A stretch of 64,000 nt of DNA from a virus: the IMG/VR virus record IMGVR_UViG_3300045988_179268, positions 128,001 through 192,000 of that record, one strand, 5' to 3'. Position 1 is the first letter of the stretch. Each line of letters starts with the position of its first letter. Of this stretch, positions 34,252 to 44,160 are shown piece after piece. Under the pieces are notes generated by a model that saw only the letters and a program-made list of their open reading frames with translations, did no database searches and was not told where the DNA came from. Both the position numbers and the translations under genes were made by a program.

Positions 34252-34297
34252 CACAGTTCACCCCCTCTCAGGGCTTTCTGGGAGGGGGTGAACTGTG
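34252..34297. terminator. bidirectional rho-independent terminator
   Basis: 16-bp perfect stem cacagttcaccccctc / gagggggtgaactgtg. Confidence 0.85.
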
Positions 34298-34317
34298 TGT
34301 TATGTGTGTTTGTCAGC

Positions 34318-35493
34318 TTACAGTCCGTATGCCCTGTTGGTGAGGCGTTCAGCTTCCAGGAGGAAGTCGCTCTTGCACTGTTCTAGTTCACGCTGGGTCT
34401 TCTGTGCGCTGTTTACGAAGTCCTGAATGTGGGCGATGTTGTCGGACAGGACATAGGTGGAGGGCGGGCGGCGGCGGGCGATGTTTGCGAAGTCGGTTAC
34501 GCGGGAGCAGTCAGCTTCCTCAATCATGCTCTGCATCTTGCGGTAGTGTTCTTCCATGATTTCCTGTACCTCGTCGGTGAGCTTGTCGAGCTTGACCATT
34601 TCGGCGGGGGTGGAAGCCGGGTAGGTTACGTATTCCCACTTGTTGCGGCGGCGCTTATCTTCGGTGGGTGCGTTCTTGATGGTGACCTTTATGCCGTCAG
34701 TTTTGCTGGAGCTAATGTATCCGGCTTCTTCTCCGTTGATGTCGGTAATGTATGCGCGGGTAGTAGATACGCGGGTGATGGTGTACGGCTCACCTTCACG
34801 CATGATGGAGGTTCCGACGCGGAAAGTGCGGGGCGTGCAGTAGGGCGCTTCGGTGGTGAGGGTCACCACTTCGGGGCTGTACACATACTTGATGTCAGCT
34901 TCCTGTACCAGTTCCATAATCTGAGAGTAGACCTTGCTAGACTCTTCGCGGATAGATTCAAGGAGAGTGGCTTCCTTAGCTGACTCCTTGTCGTACATGT
35001 CGCGTACACCTTCTAGTATTTCACGCATCATGTTGTAGCCTGCGGCAACGTTTGATACATAGCTATTGATGTCCTTGTCGATAGCGTAAGCTTTTGCGTA
35101 GAACTTTTCGATGAACTGGTCTACAGGGCGAGGAGTTAGGGTGTCGAGGCGGGTGGATAGGTGTCGTCCCAGCAGGCGCTCAGCCTGGATTCGTTCACTC
35201 ATGCGCTTTTCACTGGCTTCTGCATGTGACATCTGGAATACCTCACAAGTGGTTGCAGTGGCATTGCCAGACATGGGGGCGATGGTGGTCTGACCGTCTG
35301 CGGAAGTGGTGAGTAGGTTTGCTGTGCCGTTACTAGTGTCAGCAAGTACAGCGGTCAGGTTCTCAGTATCTACAGACTGAACAACATAGAGGCTGGTAGA
35401 CATACCCAGGTCACCAATATTGCGCCACTTCGTCTTAGGTACGGTCAGTACAATGTCGCCAATGTTCAGGGTTTCAAAGTTGAGGGACTGCAT
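34318..35493 (-). CDS. paralog family 1-like protein
   Basis: 391 aa with N-terminal LNIGDIVLTV beta-module, a helical region, a second module FRVGTSIMREGEPYTITRV and NKWEY. Assignment rests on architecture only. Own promoter and terminator. Confidence 0.65.
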   Translation of the reverse strand: MQSLNFETLNIGDIVLTVPKTKWRNIGDLGMSTSLYVVQSVDTENLTAVLADTSNGTANLLTTSADGQTTIAPMSGNATATTCEVFQMSHAEASEKRMSERIQAERLLGRHLSTRLDTLTPRPVDQFIEKFYAKAYAIDKDINSYVSNVAAGYNMMREILEGVRDMYDKESAKEATLLESIREESSKVYSQIMELVQEADIKYVYSPEVVTLTTEAPYCTPRTFRVGTSIMREGEPYTITRVSTTRAYITDINGEEAGYISSSKTDGIKVTIKNAPTEDKRRRNKWEYVTYPASTPAEMVKLDKLTDEVQEIMEEHYRKMQSMIEEADCSRVTDFANIARRRPPSTYVLSDNIAHIQDFVNSAQKTQRELEQCKSDFLLEAERLTNRAYGL

Positions 35494-35556
35494 GGGGTAA
35501 GTTCCTTTCAGGGGATGATTTGATGGTGTTTGCGGGGTTTACCCACCTATAAGATA

Positions 35557-35567
35557 AGTGTACCACA
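35557..35567 (-). promoter_or_regulatory. SigA-type promoter, extended -10 with -35 TTGCAT
   Basis: The minus strand reads TTGCAT-N18-TACACT with AAAATCTGTGGTACACT. Confidence 0.75.
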
Positions 35568-35640
35568 GATTTTATGAGCAATGCAACCACCTGTTTTAAA
35601 GGGTGGCAATATGGCTACCTCTTGTGCCGCCCGGCAAATA

Positions 35641-35651
35641 TGTGATACAAT
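35641..35651 (+). promoter_or_regulatory. SigA-type promoter, extended -10
   Basis: TGTGATACAAT. Divergent from the promoter at 35557. Confidence 0.7.
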
Positions 35652-35725
35652 GGATATGTAAGCGGTCGGGTAGATACCCCACCTTGTAAAAATAACAAAC
35701 ACTCAACCTTTGGAGGGTAATCATC

Positions 35726-36757
35726 ATGTCACGCACTCTCACTACTGAAAAGCGCGTATTTACTACCGAGGACGCGGAACGATTCAAGGCACAGCGCCGA
35801 AAGATGAATACCCGAGCAAATGAAGGTGACATCTCCTCTGTAGAGTTTTTCTGCAATGAAATGGACGCTCTTGCGGAAGCAGGCGTAGAACTATTCTTTA
35901 TCACCCGCCCCGACAGCAATAACCCCACCATTGTCACTGAATCCCTTGCCGCTATCCCTGGCATCAATGCGGATAACCCTGACAAGACCCGCCTCCCTGC
36001 CGGTTCAAGCGAGATTTTCACCGAGGGTTCAACCACCTTCATCATGGGTAACGCTGTGCTGGATATGCGACCTTTCCGCCCTCGCAAGGGTGTGGGTACC
36101 CGCCTGAGCAACCTCAACTTTTTCAAGGGTACCGGCAATACCTCCGTGGTCTTCTCAGGTTCGTTTAATAGTACCGTTATTAAGACGGACAGCCCTCTCA
36201 ATAACGGCATCTTTGACGATGTTATTATTGACGTTACTGCATCAAGCTTTGACGGTGTAACCGCGATGTTTGCCACCCTAATTAGCGGCACCTTTAAGAG
36301 TGCCGGTAAGTTCGCTCTTGCGCGCATCGGTCTGGTTGGCGACATTACTATGGACGTAGATGAAGAGATGGGCGGCGCTCCCTTTGTGGAAAATCGTAGC
36401 GGCTTCATCACCTCTGCTGGTGCGGACTGGGTGAGCACTGCGGAAAAGGCAACTGGCGAGGGCGGCATGGAAGGCTGGTCGCTAGATATGCAGGAAATTA
36501 TGCGCGCAAACGTCGAAGCTGGCGACCTTCCGCGTTTCAATAATTTCTGCGTCAGCCCCGCTACCGATGTTATTGACTGTGACTGTGCAACCTGGCTATT
36601 TTTCCGCGATACCAATAAGAAGAAGAAGCGCCGCGTATGGGTTTGGCGTAATTTTGAGCTGGGCAACCCGGTAGACCCCGAGGAACTTCGCGGCATCAAC
36701 ATTGGTGCTGTTAAGCGTGCCTGGCAGAAGAATGTCGCTAAGACCTGTGTCGAATAA
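35726..36757 (+). CDS. hypothetical protein
   Basis: 343-aa ORF with GGAGGG RBS, typical C-ending codon usage, promoter and terminator. Confidence 0.7.
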   Translation: MSRTLTTEKRVFTTEDAERFKAQRRKMNTRANEGDISSVEFFCNEMDALAEAGVELFFITRPDSNNPTIVTESLAAIPGINADNPDKTRLPAGSSEIFTEGSTTFIMGNAVLDMRPFRPRKGVGTRLSNLNFFKGTGNTSVVFSGSFNSTVIKTDSPLNNGIFDDVIIDVTASSFDGVTAMFATLISGTFKSAGKFALARIGLVGDITMDVDEEMGGAPFVENRSGFITSAGADWVSTAEKATGEGGMEGWSLDMQEIMRANVEAGDLPRFNNFCVSPATDVIDCDCATWLFFRDTNKKKKRRVWVWRNFELGNPVDPEELRGINIGAVKRAWQKNVAKTCVE

Positions 36758-36762
36758 TTAGT

Positions 36763-36802
36763 AGTAAGCCGGGTGTCCCGTAAGAGGGGTGCCCGGCTTA
36801 CT
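36763..36802 (+). terminator. rho-independent terminator
   Basis: 11-bp stem agtaagccggg / cccggcttact. Confidence 0.8.
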
Positions 36803-36849
36803 ATATTTAAGATGCAAATGAACGTCGAGACTTCCACTCATGAAGAATA

Positions 36850-36860
36850 TGTGGTACACT
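36850..36860 (+). promoter_or_regulatory. SigA-type promoter, extended -10
   Basis: TGTGGTACACT. Confidence 0.7.
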
Positions 36861-36904
36861 ATTATTACTAGTTGAAGAACCAGCCCTGAAAGGATGATTG
36901 ACGC

Positions 36905-37390
36905 ATGTACACGCGCAAATATTACACCCCCGGTAGCTATGAGTGGATGCCGCATGGCGATGAAGACGAAATCTGGGAACTTTCCCGCCTCATGCACCTA
37001 GAGTACTGGCATGTCTGCAACATGCTAGGCGAACTTGAAGCGGGGCTAATCGACCGTATGCAGGATGTTCGTTACCATATCCAGCGCAAGGACTGGGATA
37101 CTAAAGCAAGTCGCGAATACCTTGAAGCTATTGAAGGTGCCATTGGCAACCTCTCTCAGGGTACGCTCAACTTGTTCTTCATGGACGGCGCATACTACGG
37201 AACCGAACTTTACGGCGGTCGCGCATGGGTCGTGCCCAATGAGAAGATTCAAGCCACTGAATCGGCACTGAAAGAAGTGGACGATTACATTGTCACGGCT
37301 ATCGACACCTACAACGAGTACCACGAAGAAGCTAAGGAACTGCTTGCACGGGAAAAGGCTCCGCGCCGCCGCACCTGGGTTAAGCCCTAG
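36905..37390 (+). CDS. hypothetical protein
   Basis: 161-aa ORF with GAAAGGA RBS. Confidence 0.65.
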   Translation: MYTRKYYTPGSYEWMPHGDEDEIWELSRLMHLEYWHVCNMLGELEAGLIDRMQDVRYHIQRKDWDTKASREYLEAIEGAIGNLSQGTLNLFFMDGAYYGTELYGGRAWVVPNEKIQATESALKEVDDYIVTAIDTYNEYHEEAKELLAREKAPRRRTWVKP

Positions 37391-37427
37391 CAAGATTTTG
37401 TAGTCCAACCCACCAATAGGAATAATA

Positions 37428-37535
37428 ATGAGTAGTAATCGAAACGATAACCCTGACCGAAACATCACTATCGGGTTGTGCGCTATGGCGTTTTTCATTG
37501 TCCTTGGAGCAATCTCCACAATGCTACCGTTCTAG
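37428..37535 (+). CDS. tiny membrane protein (35 aa, not in ORF track)
   Basis: AGGAA RBS 5 nt upstream. MSSNRNDNPDRNITIGLCAMAFFIVLGAISTMLPF. Confidence 0.4.
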   Translation: MSSNRNDNPDRNITIGLCAMAFFIVLGAISTMLPF

Positions 37536-37560
37536 ACGTTCCCGCAATAGATTGAAGCCG

Positions 37561-37569
37561 TGCTAGAAT
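37561..37569 (+). promoter_or_regulatory. SigA-type promoter, extended -10
   Basis: TGCTAGAAT, 45 nt upstream of ATG 37614. Confidence 0.55.
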
Positions 37570-37613
37570 AGGCACACATATAGAGTTATTTTTAGATACG
37601 GAAGATAGACCAA

Positions 37614-38606
37614 ATGAGCGTAGATATTCGCGTAAGGCGCTTCGCGCAGAGCGACGCAGAACGCACCCTAATGCACACCACTGATGAACGAAACCGCGCA
37701 CCCCTCACGGACGCTCTAAACAAATACTACAAGAAGCTTAAAGCTGACGAAAAGAGCGTCACCAAGGAAGACCTCGAAGAATTGCTCCGTGTCGCCTTCT
37801 ATGTGAGTACGCGACAGTCCAATCGCAACCTAGACATCATCGACCAGTACAAGGCATTTAAAGGAAAGCACCTGTATAACATGCGTGAAACCCACCCCAA
37901 TACCGCAACCCTCAAGCATCTACATGCCCAAGCGCGACAGGAATTAGGCGAAGTCGCGGAGCCTCACGGTAACCTCCAGAACCTACTGGCAAGCTACCAG
38001 AGTGAGTATGACACGCTAACCCGTCAAATTGACAACTACGGTGGCGAACTGGATGACCCGGAAGTTATCGAAAAGGCGGCGCGTCATACCTTCCTCGAAG
38101 GCTCCATTGAGCACATTAAGAAGAGCCTCAGCGACATCAAGGGGCACATGCAGGCGCTTGATGCGAACATTACCCCCGCAACCGCAGAACAGGTAGCAGA
38201 AAACTTCCGACACGCTTACGCAGAGTGCAAACAGTACGCAGACTACACCAAGGTGCTCAAGGATAAGTTCGAACAACACCTCAACGACAAGCTGGAAGCC
38301 AGCTTGCCTAATGCGGCATTTATTGACAAGGCGGCAAAGCGTAAGCGTGAGGTGGATGTAACCAAGTCTCGCGTACACTCTGAGTTGAACACCAAGCGAA
38401 ATGAACTGCTATTCATCGCTAAGTACGGCGAACGACTGAACCGACTCTACGAAGCAATGACTAAAACCCTTATTGATGAAGGTCTGTGCATCACCCGCCT
38501 AGAAGAAGCTCACGTTAAGGCACTCCAGCTCAAGCTAAACGAATATCGCAAGGAATACGAAGACCTCAAGCGAGCAATCGGCGTAAACTGCGACGATAAG
38601 AAGTAG
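37614..38606 (+). CDS. coiled-coil-rich hypothetical protein
   Basis: 330 aa, Lys/Glu/Leu-rich heptad-like stretches, GGAAG RBS. Confidence 0.65.
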   Translation: MSVDIRVRRFAQSDAERTLMHTTDERNRAPLTDALNKYYKKLKADEKSVTKEDLEELLRVAFYVSTRQSNRNLDIIDQYKAFKGKHLYNMRETHPNTATLKHLHAQARQELGEVAEPHGNLQNLLASYQSEYDTLTRQIDNYGGELDDPEVIEKAARHTFLEGSIEHIKKSLSDIKGHMQALDANITPATAEQVAENFRHAYAECKQYADYTKVLKDKFEQHLNDKLEASLPNAAFIDKAAKRKREVDVTKSRVHSELNTKRNELLFIAKYGERLNRLYEAMTKTLIDEGLCITRLEEAHVKALQLKLNEYRKEYEDLKRAIGVNCDDKK

Positions 38607-38617
38607 CCCACCCCCAC

Positions 38618-38643
38618 CCCCTAGCTAAGAACCAAGCTAGGGG
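38618..38643 (+). terminator. terminator hairpin
   Basis: 9-bp stem cccctagct / agctagggg. Confidence 0.6.
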
Positions 38644-38875
38644 TGAAGTAGTGAGCTATTGAACACACCATAAGTTAGCAGAAACCACTGCCCACCCTGA
38701 AACTTGTCTATAATTAGAGAGTAAAGGCACCCTGTAGGCAACATGTGTCCACTCATAAAGAGGTGGGAAAAATGCGAAAAACAAGTAGGTAGCCAGCTTT
38801 AACTGTCACCAAGCCAAGATACCAAACTCTGTAAAGAAATCACCCCCGACCCCTTCTATGTAAGATTGACCCCCA

Positions 38876-39757
38876 ATGCTCGAAATAACACTTGATAGAA
38901 TTAACAACCCAAGCTACGGTACGCCAACCCTCAGCGGCAGGAAACTGCAACGATACATCACCCCTGAAATTGGGTGGTTACTAACCCGCATGGATAACCG
39001 GGCGGAAATACTCAAAATGACAGCAAATAGTGAGCACTTCCTCATCAAGGAAGTACTCACTATTCAGGGGCGTGTTATCGGAACTATTGCCCAAAAGGGA
39101 AATGCCGCCCGCGCCCTGCGCCGCCAAAAGAAGCGAGAATACTACGACGAACTTGCAAACCTTGCCGTCAATCTAGAAATTCTAGGCGACGTACCTCAAA
39201 GCAAGAACGTCATCAATGCTGACATAAAACCCCGCGAGAAAAGGATTGAACAAGTGCGTGAAGACCGTAAACTCAACAAGACATTAGCTGAAACCCGCAA
39301 AGCAAACGGCATCAACATTGCGCTACTTTGGCAAGCAGAAAATTCTCTCGCCGTCAGCCGTAATGACCTGCAAACGCTTACAGCATCAATTCGCCGCGAC
39401 CATGCGGAAGGTAAGCCCGTCAAGCCCGAAGCAATTAGAGCCGCGAACACTCTAGAAAACCGCACCATCAAAGCACAGGAAGATGTCGTGAAGCACCTAC
39501 AGGAACTCGTTCGAACTGGTAAGGATGCAGAGAGTAAGCTTATTGATAAGCTACAGAACGAACGCCTAGCCAAAGCAACTAAGGCAATGCTTAACAACGT
39601 GAAACAGGTTAAGTCAATTGCTGACATTGACGGGGCAGAAAGTTCCCTTAGCCTCGAAACACTTAAAGCATACAACCATGAGGTAGACCCCCATAGCCAG
39701 ATGCAGGAGATTGACGACGAAATCTATCTTAAGAAGCTACTCAACAAGAACTACTAA
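38876..39757 (+). CDS. coiled-coil-rich hypothetical protein
   Basis: 293-aa ORF. No clear RBS, so the start is uncertain. Confidence 0.55.
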   Translation: MLEITLDRINNPSYGTPTLSGRKLQRYITPEIGWLLTRMDNRAEILKMTANSEHFLIKEVLTIQGRVIGTIAQKGNAARALRRQKKREYYDELANLAVNLEILGDVPQSKNVINADIKPREKRIEQVREDRKLNKTLAETRKANGINIALLWQAENSLAVSRNDLQTLTASIRRDHAEGKPVKPEAIRAANTLENRTIKAQEDVVKHLQELVRTGKDAESKLIDKLQNERLAKATKAMLNNVKQVKSIADIDGAESSLSLETLKAYNHEVDPHSQMQEIDDEIYLKKLLNKNY

Positions 39758-39788
39758 AAACATACCAAGAAAGGAGGCGGTAAACCTC

Positions 39789-40337
39789 ATGAAACTAACC
39801 GACCATGAGCTTCTAGAAGCCGCCATTATCGAGAGAAATAAAGACCTTTATCTGAATCAGTACAGCACGCTGTTGGCAACCCCTAATGCCACCTCCAGGG
39901 AACCCATCTACTATGAATGGGGTGGCGAGGCAGATTCCGCTATCAAATCAGATGCTGAACTAGCATTATTGCCTGTCGCCTCACCTATTGGGTATATTAT
40001 TGCCTCCACTGCGGTATATGCGACCGGGCGACTGACTGGGTACTGCAATGGGCGGTCTGCAATAACTGACGAAGAGCGTCCCCATTTCGCATATGCTGAG
40101 GTGTTATACTTTATAGTTTTTACACTTTTACATATTGTCATTACGGGATTTGTAACAGTTCTTTTGATGGCTTTTATGAATGGCACTTTTAACTTTACTC
40201 TAGCGTTTCATTATTTTTGCGATGTTTCATTATTATTAAACGTTGTCGCGGGAGTTTGGCTACTTACACGCGAGGTAATTAGCCTTGTGAGGATGTTTAA
40301 GTATTTGAAATCGCACGACTCAGAGATGATTCACTAA
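39789..40337 (+). CDS. membrane protein
   Basis: 182 aa from ATG 39789 (AAGGAGG RBS). The track start at 39711 overlaps the previous gene. Confidence 0.6.
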   Translation: MKLTDHELLEAAIIERNKDLYLNQYSTLLATPNATSREPIYYEWGGEADSAIKSDAELALLPVASPIGYIIASTAVYATGRLTGYCNGRSAITDEERPHFAYAEVLYFIVFTLLHIVITGFVTVLLMAFMNGTFNFTLAFHYFCDVSLLLNVVAGVWLLTREVISLVRMFKYLKSHDSEMIH

Positions 40338-40356
40338 GGGAGGGGTAAGTAAAGCT

Positions 40357-40863
40357 ATGGATACGACCATTCAGGATGCCTCTATGCGCACATGCGACTT
40401 TTTTGGTGATAAAAGGCATTCTTCGCTTTCGCTTATTGGGTTGCTGTGCTTGGTTTTCTTTGCGCCGGTGGGCGTACTTACTATCGCTGGATTGGTTAAT
40501 TTGGCACGTATTTTAGGATGGAAGGGTGGACACAGGTCTACCTTGGTGGCATGTAAAGATAATAACGTCCTTTCTCGGGAATCTATGTTGCAGTGGGTAA
40601 CCTTTGTTGGCATTGGCACAGTTCTTAATGTTATGTTGGCGGCTATTGTGCCGCTCTTGTTTATCCCAAGCCCTAGCTATATTCCGGCTAGTGGATTACT
40701 GACAGTTGATGAGATTTTTGGCTTTAAAGTTGCTTTCTTTTGGGGTGTAAACGCCACTGGCGGCTTGTTGCTACTGATTTTCGAGTTGGTTAGCGCCCGT
40801 AAAGCGCAAGCTACCTTGCAAGCACAGTATGAAAAGGGCAGTATGTGGCGAGTTTCTAAGTAG
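40357..40863 (+). CDS. membrane protein
   Basis: 168 aa, four helices, GGGAGGGG RBS. Confidence 0.6.
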   Translation: MDTTIQDASMRTCDFFGDKRHSSLSLIGLLCLVFFAPVGVLTIAGLVNLARILGWKGGHRSTLVACKDNNVLSRESMLQWVTFVGIGTVLNVMLAAIVPLLFIPSPSYIPASGLLTVDEIFGFKVAFFWGVNATGGLLLLIFELVSARKAQATLQAQYEKGSMWRVSK

Positions 40864-40867
40864 AGAC

Positions 40868-40904
40868 GGGGTGGAGTGTTTTGGTATGTGAAGCACTTCA
40901 CCCC
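40868..40904 (+). terminator. terminator-like hairpin
   Basis: 11-bp stem ggggtggagtg / cacttcacccc (one G-U). Weak T-run. Confidence 0.5.
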
Positions 40905-40931
40905 CTACTGGGTTGCATAGCCTTCAAAATC

Positions 40932-40942
40932 TGTGGTAGACT
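40932..40942 (+). promoter_or_regulatory. SigA-type promoter, extended -10 with -35 TTGCAT
   Basis: TTGCAT-N18-TAGACT with AAAATCTGTGGTAGACT. Confidence 0.75.
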
Positions 40943-41000
40943 ATAGGTGTAACGAGGTGAACACCTCAAGATTCTAGTTTTCTACCGAAAGGTTCTCATC

Positions 41001-41414
41001 ATGGCTATCCGCGTTGGCTTCATTGACAAGAAGGCTTACGACTTCATTGGCAAGTCCACTGCAATCGACGCTAAGCATGTCATCCTGAGCGGCTACTTCC
41101 TGGAAATGCTCAACAAGGCAAAGAAGACCAATAAGGTAGCGCCTGAGCACTTCCTCTTTGAAGGCTACACCTGGCATGAAGCGCTCAAAGACCTCACCAA
41201 GACCCACAACCTCGAAGAAGCAAACCTCTTCGCAAAGGAAGTCAGCCGAACCCGAACCTACGCCCGCGTAGCAGTCTTCCTGGACGAAGAATGCACTCAG
41301 GAAGCCGAATTTGAGTTCCGAATCAAGCGGAAATACTCATTCAAGGGCATCAAGCGCGTGGCAACCATTACTGCACACCAGTCAGCCATTTCCTTTATCG
41401 TCCAGGACATCTAG
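41001..41414 (+). CDS. small hypothetical protein
   Basis: 137 aa, CTACCGAAAGG leader, ends ..IVQDI. Confidence 0.7.
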   Translation: MAIRVGFIDKKAYDFIGKSTAIDAKHVILSGYFLEMLNKAKKTNKVAPEHFLFEGYTWHEALKDLTKTHNLEEANLFAKEVSRTRTYARVAVFLDEECTQEAEFEFRIKRKYSFKGIKRVATITAHQSAISFIVQDI

Positions 41415-41503
41415 TTCTTATCATCAATATCCCCGGCAAGAATCCCCCTTGTCGGGGATACCCGCACCCCACCACTTAACCCACTACAGAAGGAAACAAT
41501 CTC

Positions 41504-42724
41504 ATGCTCGCTGTAACCCCCGGCGACGCAATCGTCACCCAGACCACCCAGCACGCCGAATCTCATAAGGTTTACAACTACGCCCCATACATCATTACTG
41601 GAATGTCCGGCGACATGGCAATCCTCAACAATGGCACCCATGCCCTGATGCCCGCCACTGGCAAGGATGGCGCATACACCATTCAGAAGCTCATCACCAG
41701 TTTCAAACAGCGCATTGAAATAACCGCACCTTATATGGCTGACGTTACCACCTGGCAGGTGGACATTATTAAAACCTTCACTGGTAACACTGCAAAAGCT
41801 GATGCACACAACTATTCAAAGCTACTCAATAAGGCACGCAATCTACTCAAAGGTGTAGCGGACGCATCAGACCTACAATGCGCACCTCACGCCATCACCA
41901 GCGACATGGTAGAAGATGTGGTGGGACTTGCGGGTAAGCATATCCAGCGGGGCGTTAATTCCACTCTGGAAGTCCTAACGTTTATCCGTGACGAAATGGA
42001 TAAGCTCGCCTCAGCTGATGCGAAAATGCGCGCCAAGTATAACGCCACTACCACCAGCGGCAAGCTACACATTCTCGCCAACAAGGATGGTGAGCTAACC
42101 AGCTATGGCTTCCTGGAGGGAGTCATCATTGAAATTGAGAGTCGTTACAACATCTCCACCTTGCAGGTAAGCGGCGGCGATAACACCACTATCCACCTAA
42201 CCAATGATATTGGCAAGGCGGCAGGAATCATCACCCTACAGCGAGAACACCTGGAACACGCCGGAGGCATGGCTATCCGCGACCTATACGGCGACTATGA
42301 GGAAGATGAGGTGTGCCACCAGTGCGACGACCCGGAATGGCAAGTTGATGTACCAATGTTCACCGCCACCGGCGGCAAGCCCGAACCTATTGAGGAATAC
42401 TCTATCAATGGCAATCTGAGCTTTGAACAAGAATCAGCTTACCGAGAGCTACAGGCATGGCAGGAATCAGCGCTACGCAACCTCTACGACATCGCCAATG
42501 AAGTTATCAACGAATACCTACAGTACGGCTTCTACGCCGCCCACGATACCGCAGAACACATCTACGACCTGATGGTAGACCGTAGCGACATTGCCCGCAT
42601 TCAGCGCCGTAGCACTGCACTAAAAGATGCTCTAGATAAGGCTGTTCTGGACACCGAATATGTCGGCAAAGAATACGTTGCAAAGGTCAAGAAGACCCTG
42701 GAAGACCTAACCACTGCCCACTAG
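41504..42724 (+). CDS. paralog family 1-like protein
   Basis: 406 aa with N-terminal TPGDAIVTQ beta-module, a helical region and a second beta-module. Assignment rests on architecture only. C-ending codons. Confidence 0.65.
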   Translation: MLAVTPGDAIVTQTTQHAESHKVYNYAPYIITGMSGDMAILNNGTHALMPATGKDGAYTIQKLITSFKQRIEITAPYMADVTTWQVDIIKTFTGNTAKADAHNYSKLLNKARNLLKGVADASDLQCAPHAITSDMVEDVVGLAGKHIQRGVNSTLEVLTFIRDEMDKLASADAKMRAKYNATTTSGKLHILANKDGELTSYGFLEGVIIEIESRYNISTLQVSGGDNTTIHLTNDIGKAAGIITLQREHLEHAGGMAIRDLYGDYEEDEVCHQCDDPEWQVDVPMFTATGGKPEPIEEYSINGNLSFEQESAYRELQAWQESALRNLYDIANEVINEYLQYGFYAAHDTAEHIYDLMVDRSDIARIQRRSTALKDALDKAVLDTEYVGKEYVAKVKKTLEDLTTAH

Positions 42725-42753
42725 ATTAAAAGGTACAGCAAGCAGGAGCCACC

Positions 42754-42804
42754 AATAAAGAAGCCCCTAACCTCAAAATTACTGAGGTTAGGGGCTTCTT
42801 TATT
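42754..42804. terminator. bidirectional rho-independent terminator
   Basis: 22-bp perfect stem aataaagaagcccctaacctca / tgaggttaggggcttctttatt. Confidence 0.9.
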
Positions 42805-42812
42805 CCGTTTAA

Positions 42813-43250
42813 CTAGTGGTTCGCAGTGAACAGTGCAAGGTGACGTTGAAACTCAACCCAGCCGACAGCCAGCCCTGAGATAGTTTCAATTGCCAAGGAT
42901 TCCAAGGCGCGCGCTTCCTTCATCACGCTACTTTCGGATTCAAAAGCGTTCAGAGACAACCCGCCAACAGCAAGAACAGCAAGGCGGAGGCGAATCTCAG
43001 ATTCCGCCACGTAAGCGTCATTAGCCAACTCAGATGATTTCTGTAGCAGAGTGAACATCTTCGCATTCATGGGCTTGGAGGCAATATCGCCGCCCTCGAT
43101 AGCATCAATACTCTGATACAGGTCACAGGACTGCTTATTGATAAACGCCTGCGACTGAGCGCGAATAAACGCAATGGTATTCAGGTGACTCTTTGCGCAC
43201 TCCAGAATGATGGGGAGGTCGTCGTGCTTATAGGGGGTAACCGTAGCCAT
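42813..43250 (-). CDS. hypothetical helical protein
   Basis: 145-aa ORF convergent on the shared terminator. Confidence 0.6.
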   Translation of the reverse strand: MATVTPYKHDDLPIILECAKSHLNTIAFIRAQSQAFINKQSCDLYQSIDAIEGGDIASKPMNAKMFTLLQKSSELANDAYVAESEIRLRLAVLAVGGLSLNAFESESSVMKEARALESLAIETISGLAVGWVEFQRHLALFTANH

Positions 43251-43436
43251 GTGGCGTATTCCTTTCGGTGTGGGTGTTCGGCTTCACTAGATACGCGCTG
43301 TATCAGGTTGCCGTTTGTCGGGTACGTAACCATACTCTCACCGAATCGGCGCTACCGCATCTCATTTGGTCATTCACGAGTAGTCAATAACGCGGAGCAA
43401 TAAAACTAGGTAATGATTTGAGGGCGCGCCGTAAAA

Positions 43437-43447
43437 TGTGGTACACT
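43437..43447 (+). promoter_or_regulatory. SigA-type promoter, extended -10
   Basis: TGTGGTACACT. It lies inside track ORF 43418, so the real start is downstream. Confidence 0.7.
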
Positions 43448-43498
43448 TTATGTAGTTGTAAATTTTACCCCAAGAGAAAGACAGGGAACGGAATCATC

Positions 43499-44062
43499 AT
43501 GTATAAAACTAAGCCCATCATGGATGCCCTAAATGCACTACCCGAAGATGACGAAAAGCTTCAAGAAGCATTTAAGTACCTGCGCACACAAGACGTTGAG
43601 ACGCAAGTATATGTGCTGGAGTCATTTACTCGCACGCCCAATAAAGCGGGAGGCTATAGCGACCGATACACTCATGTTTTCCATCACCTCGCACTGTATT
43701 GGATTGCGCCCGATGGCGAAGTACTGGATGCCGCGCTAGTGATGAATAAATACCTTGAAGGTGAGGAGGTTGATGCGCAACTACTGGACGCTTTTAATGC
43801 GGCACATGAAGCAGGTATCTTTGCTATCTCTGTTGAACATGAAATTCCTGAACAATATGAACATGAGCGGGAGTTTGCGAACGCCTACCTCGACAAGGCG
43901 ATTTCGTTCCTGTTGCGCCGCTGGACTGCTAAGCTTATGCGTTTCCCTCTGACCTACAGTGATGCCAAGTTCATCTATCAACACATGAGTGAAGGGGGCG
44001 GAGCTGTTATTAGTTATTGGCATACGTCGGAAGATGACTTCAAAAGCGTGCACGGTAGCTAG
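43499..44062 (+). CDS. hypothetical acidic protein
   Basis: 187 aa from ATG 43499 (MYKTKPIMDAL..), the first ATG after the promoter. Confidence 0.65.
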   Translation: MYKTKPIMDALNALPEDDEKLQEAFKYLRTQDVETQVYVLESFTRTPNKAGGYSDRYTHVFHHLALYWIAPDGEVLDAALVMNKYLEGEEVDAQLLDAFNAAHEAGIFAISVEHEIPEQYEHEREFANAYLDKAISFLLRRWTAKLMRFPLTYSDAKFIYQHMSEGGGAVISYWHTSEDDFKSVHGS

Positions 44063-44160
44063 ATGTCATCATGACACCAGCCCTACCCTTCTCGTCTAGC
44101 GAGCATCTAAAGAGGTGTATACAGTCACTCACCTGTTTCCCTGTAAATCTACCGCCGGTT

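Noticed and set aside
35596-36837. 413-aa minus-strand ORF.
   Set aside because: It is fully antisense to 35726..36757, which has the consensus promoter, a GGAGGG RBS, typical codon usage and a terminator. The minus ORF would run through that promoter and terminator and has Ser/Leu/Arg-rich antisense-type composition.
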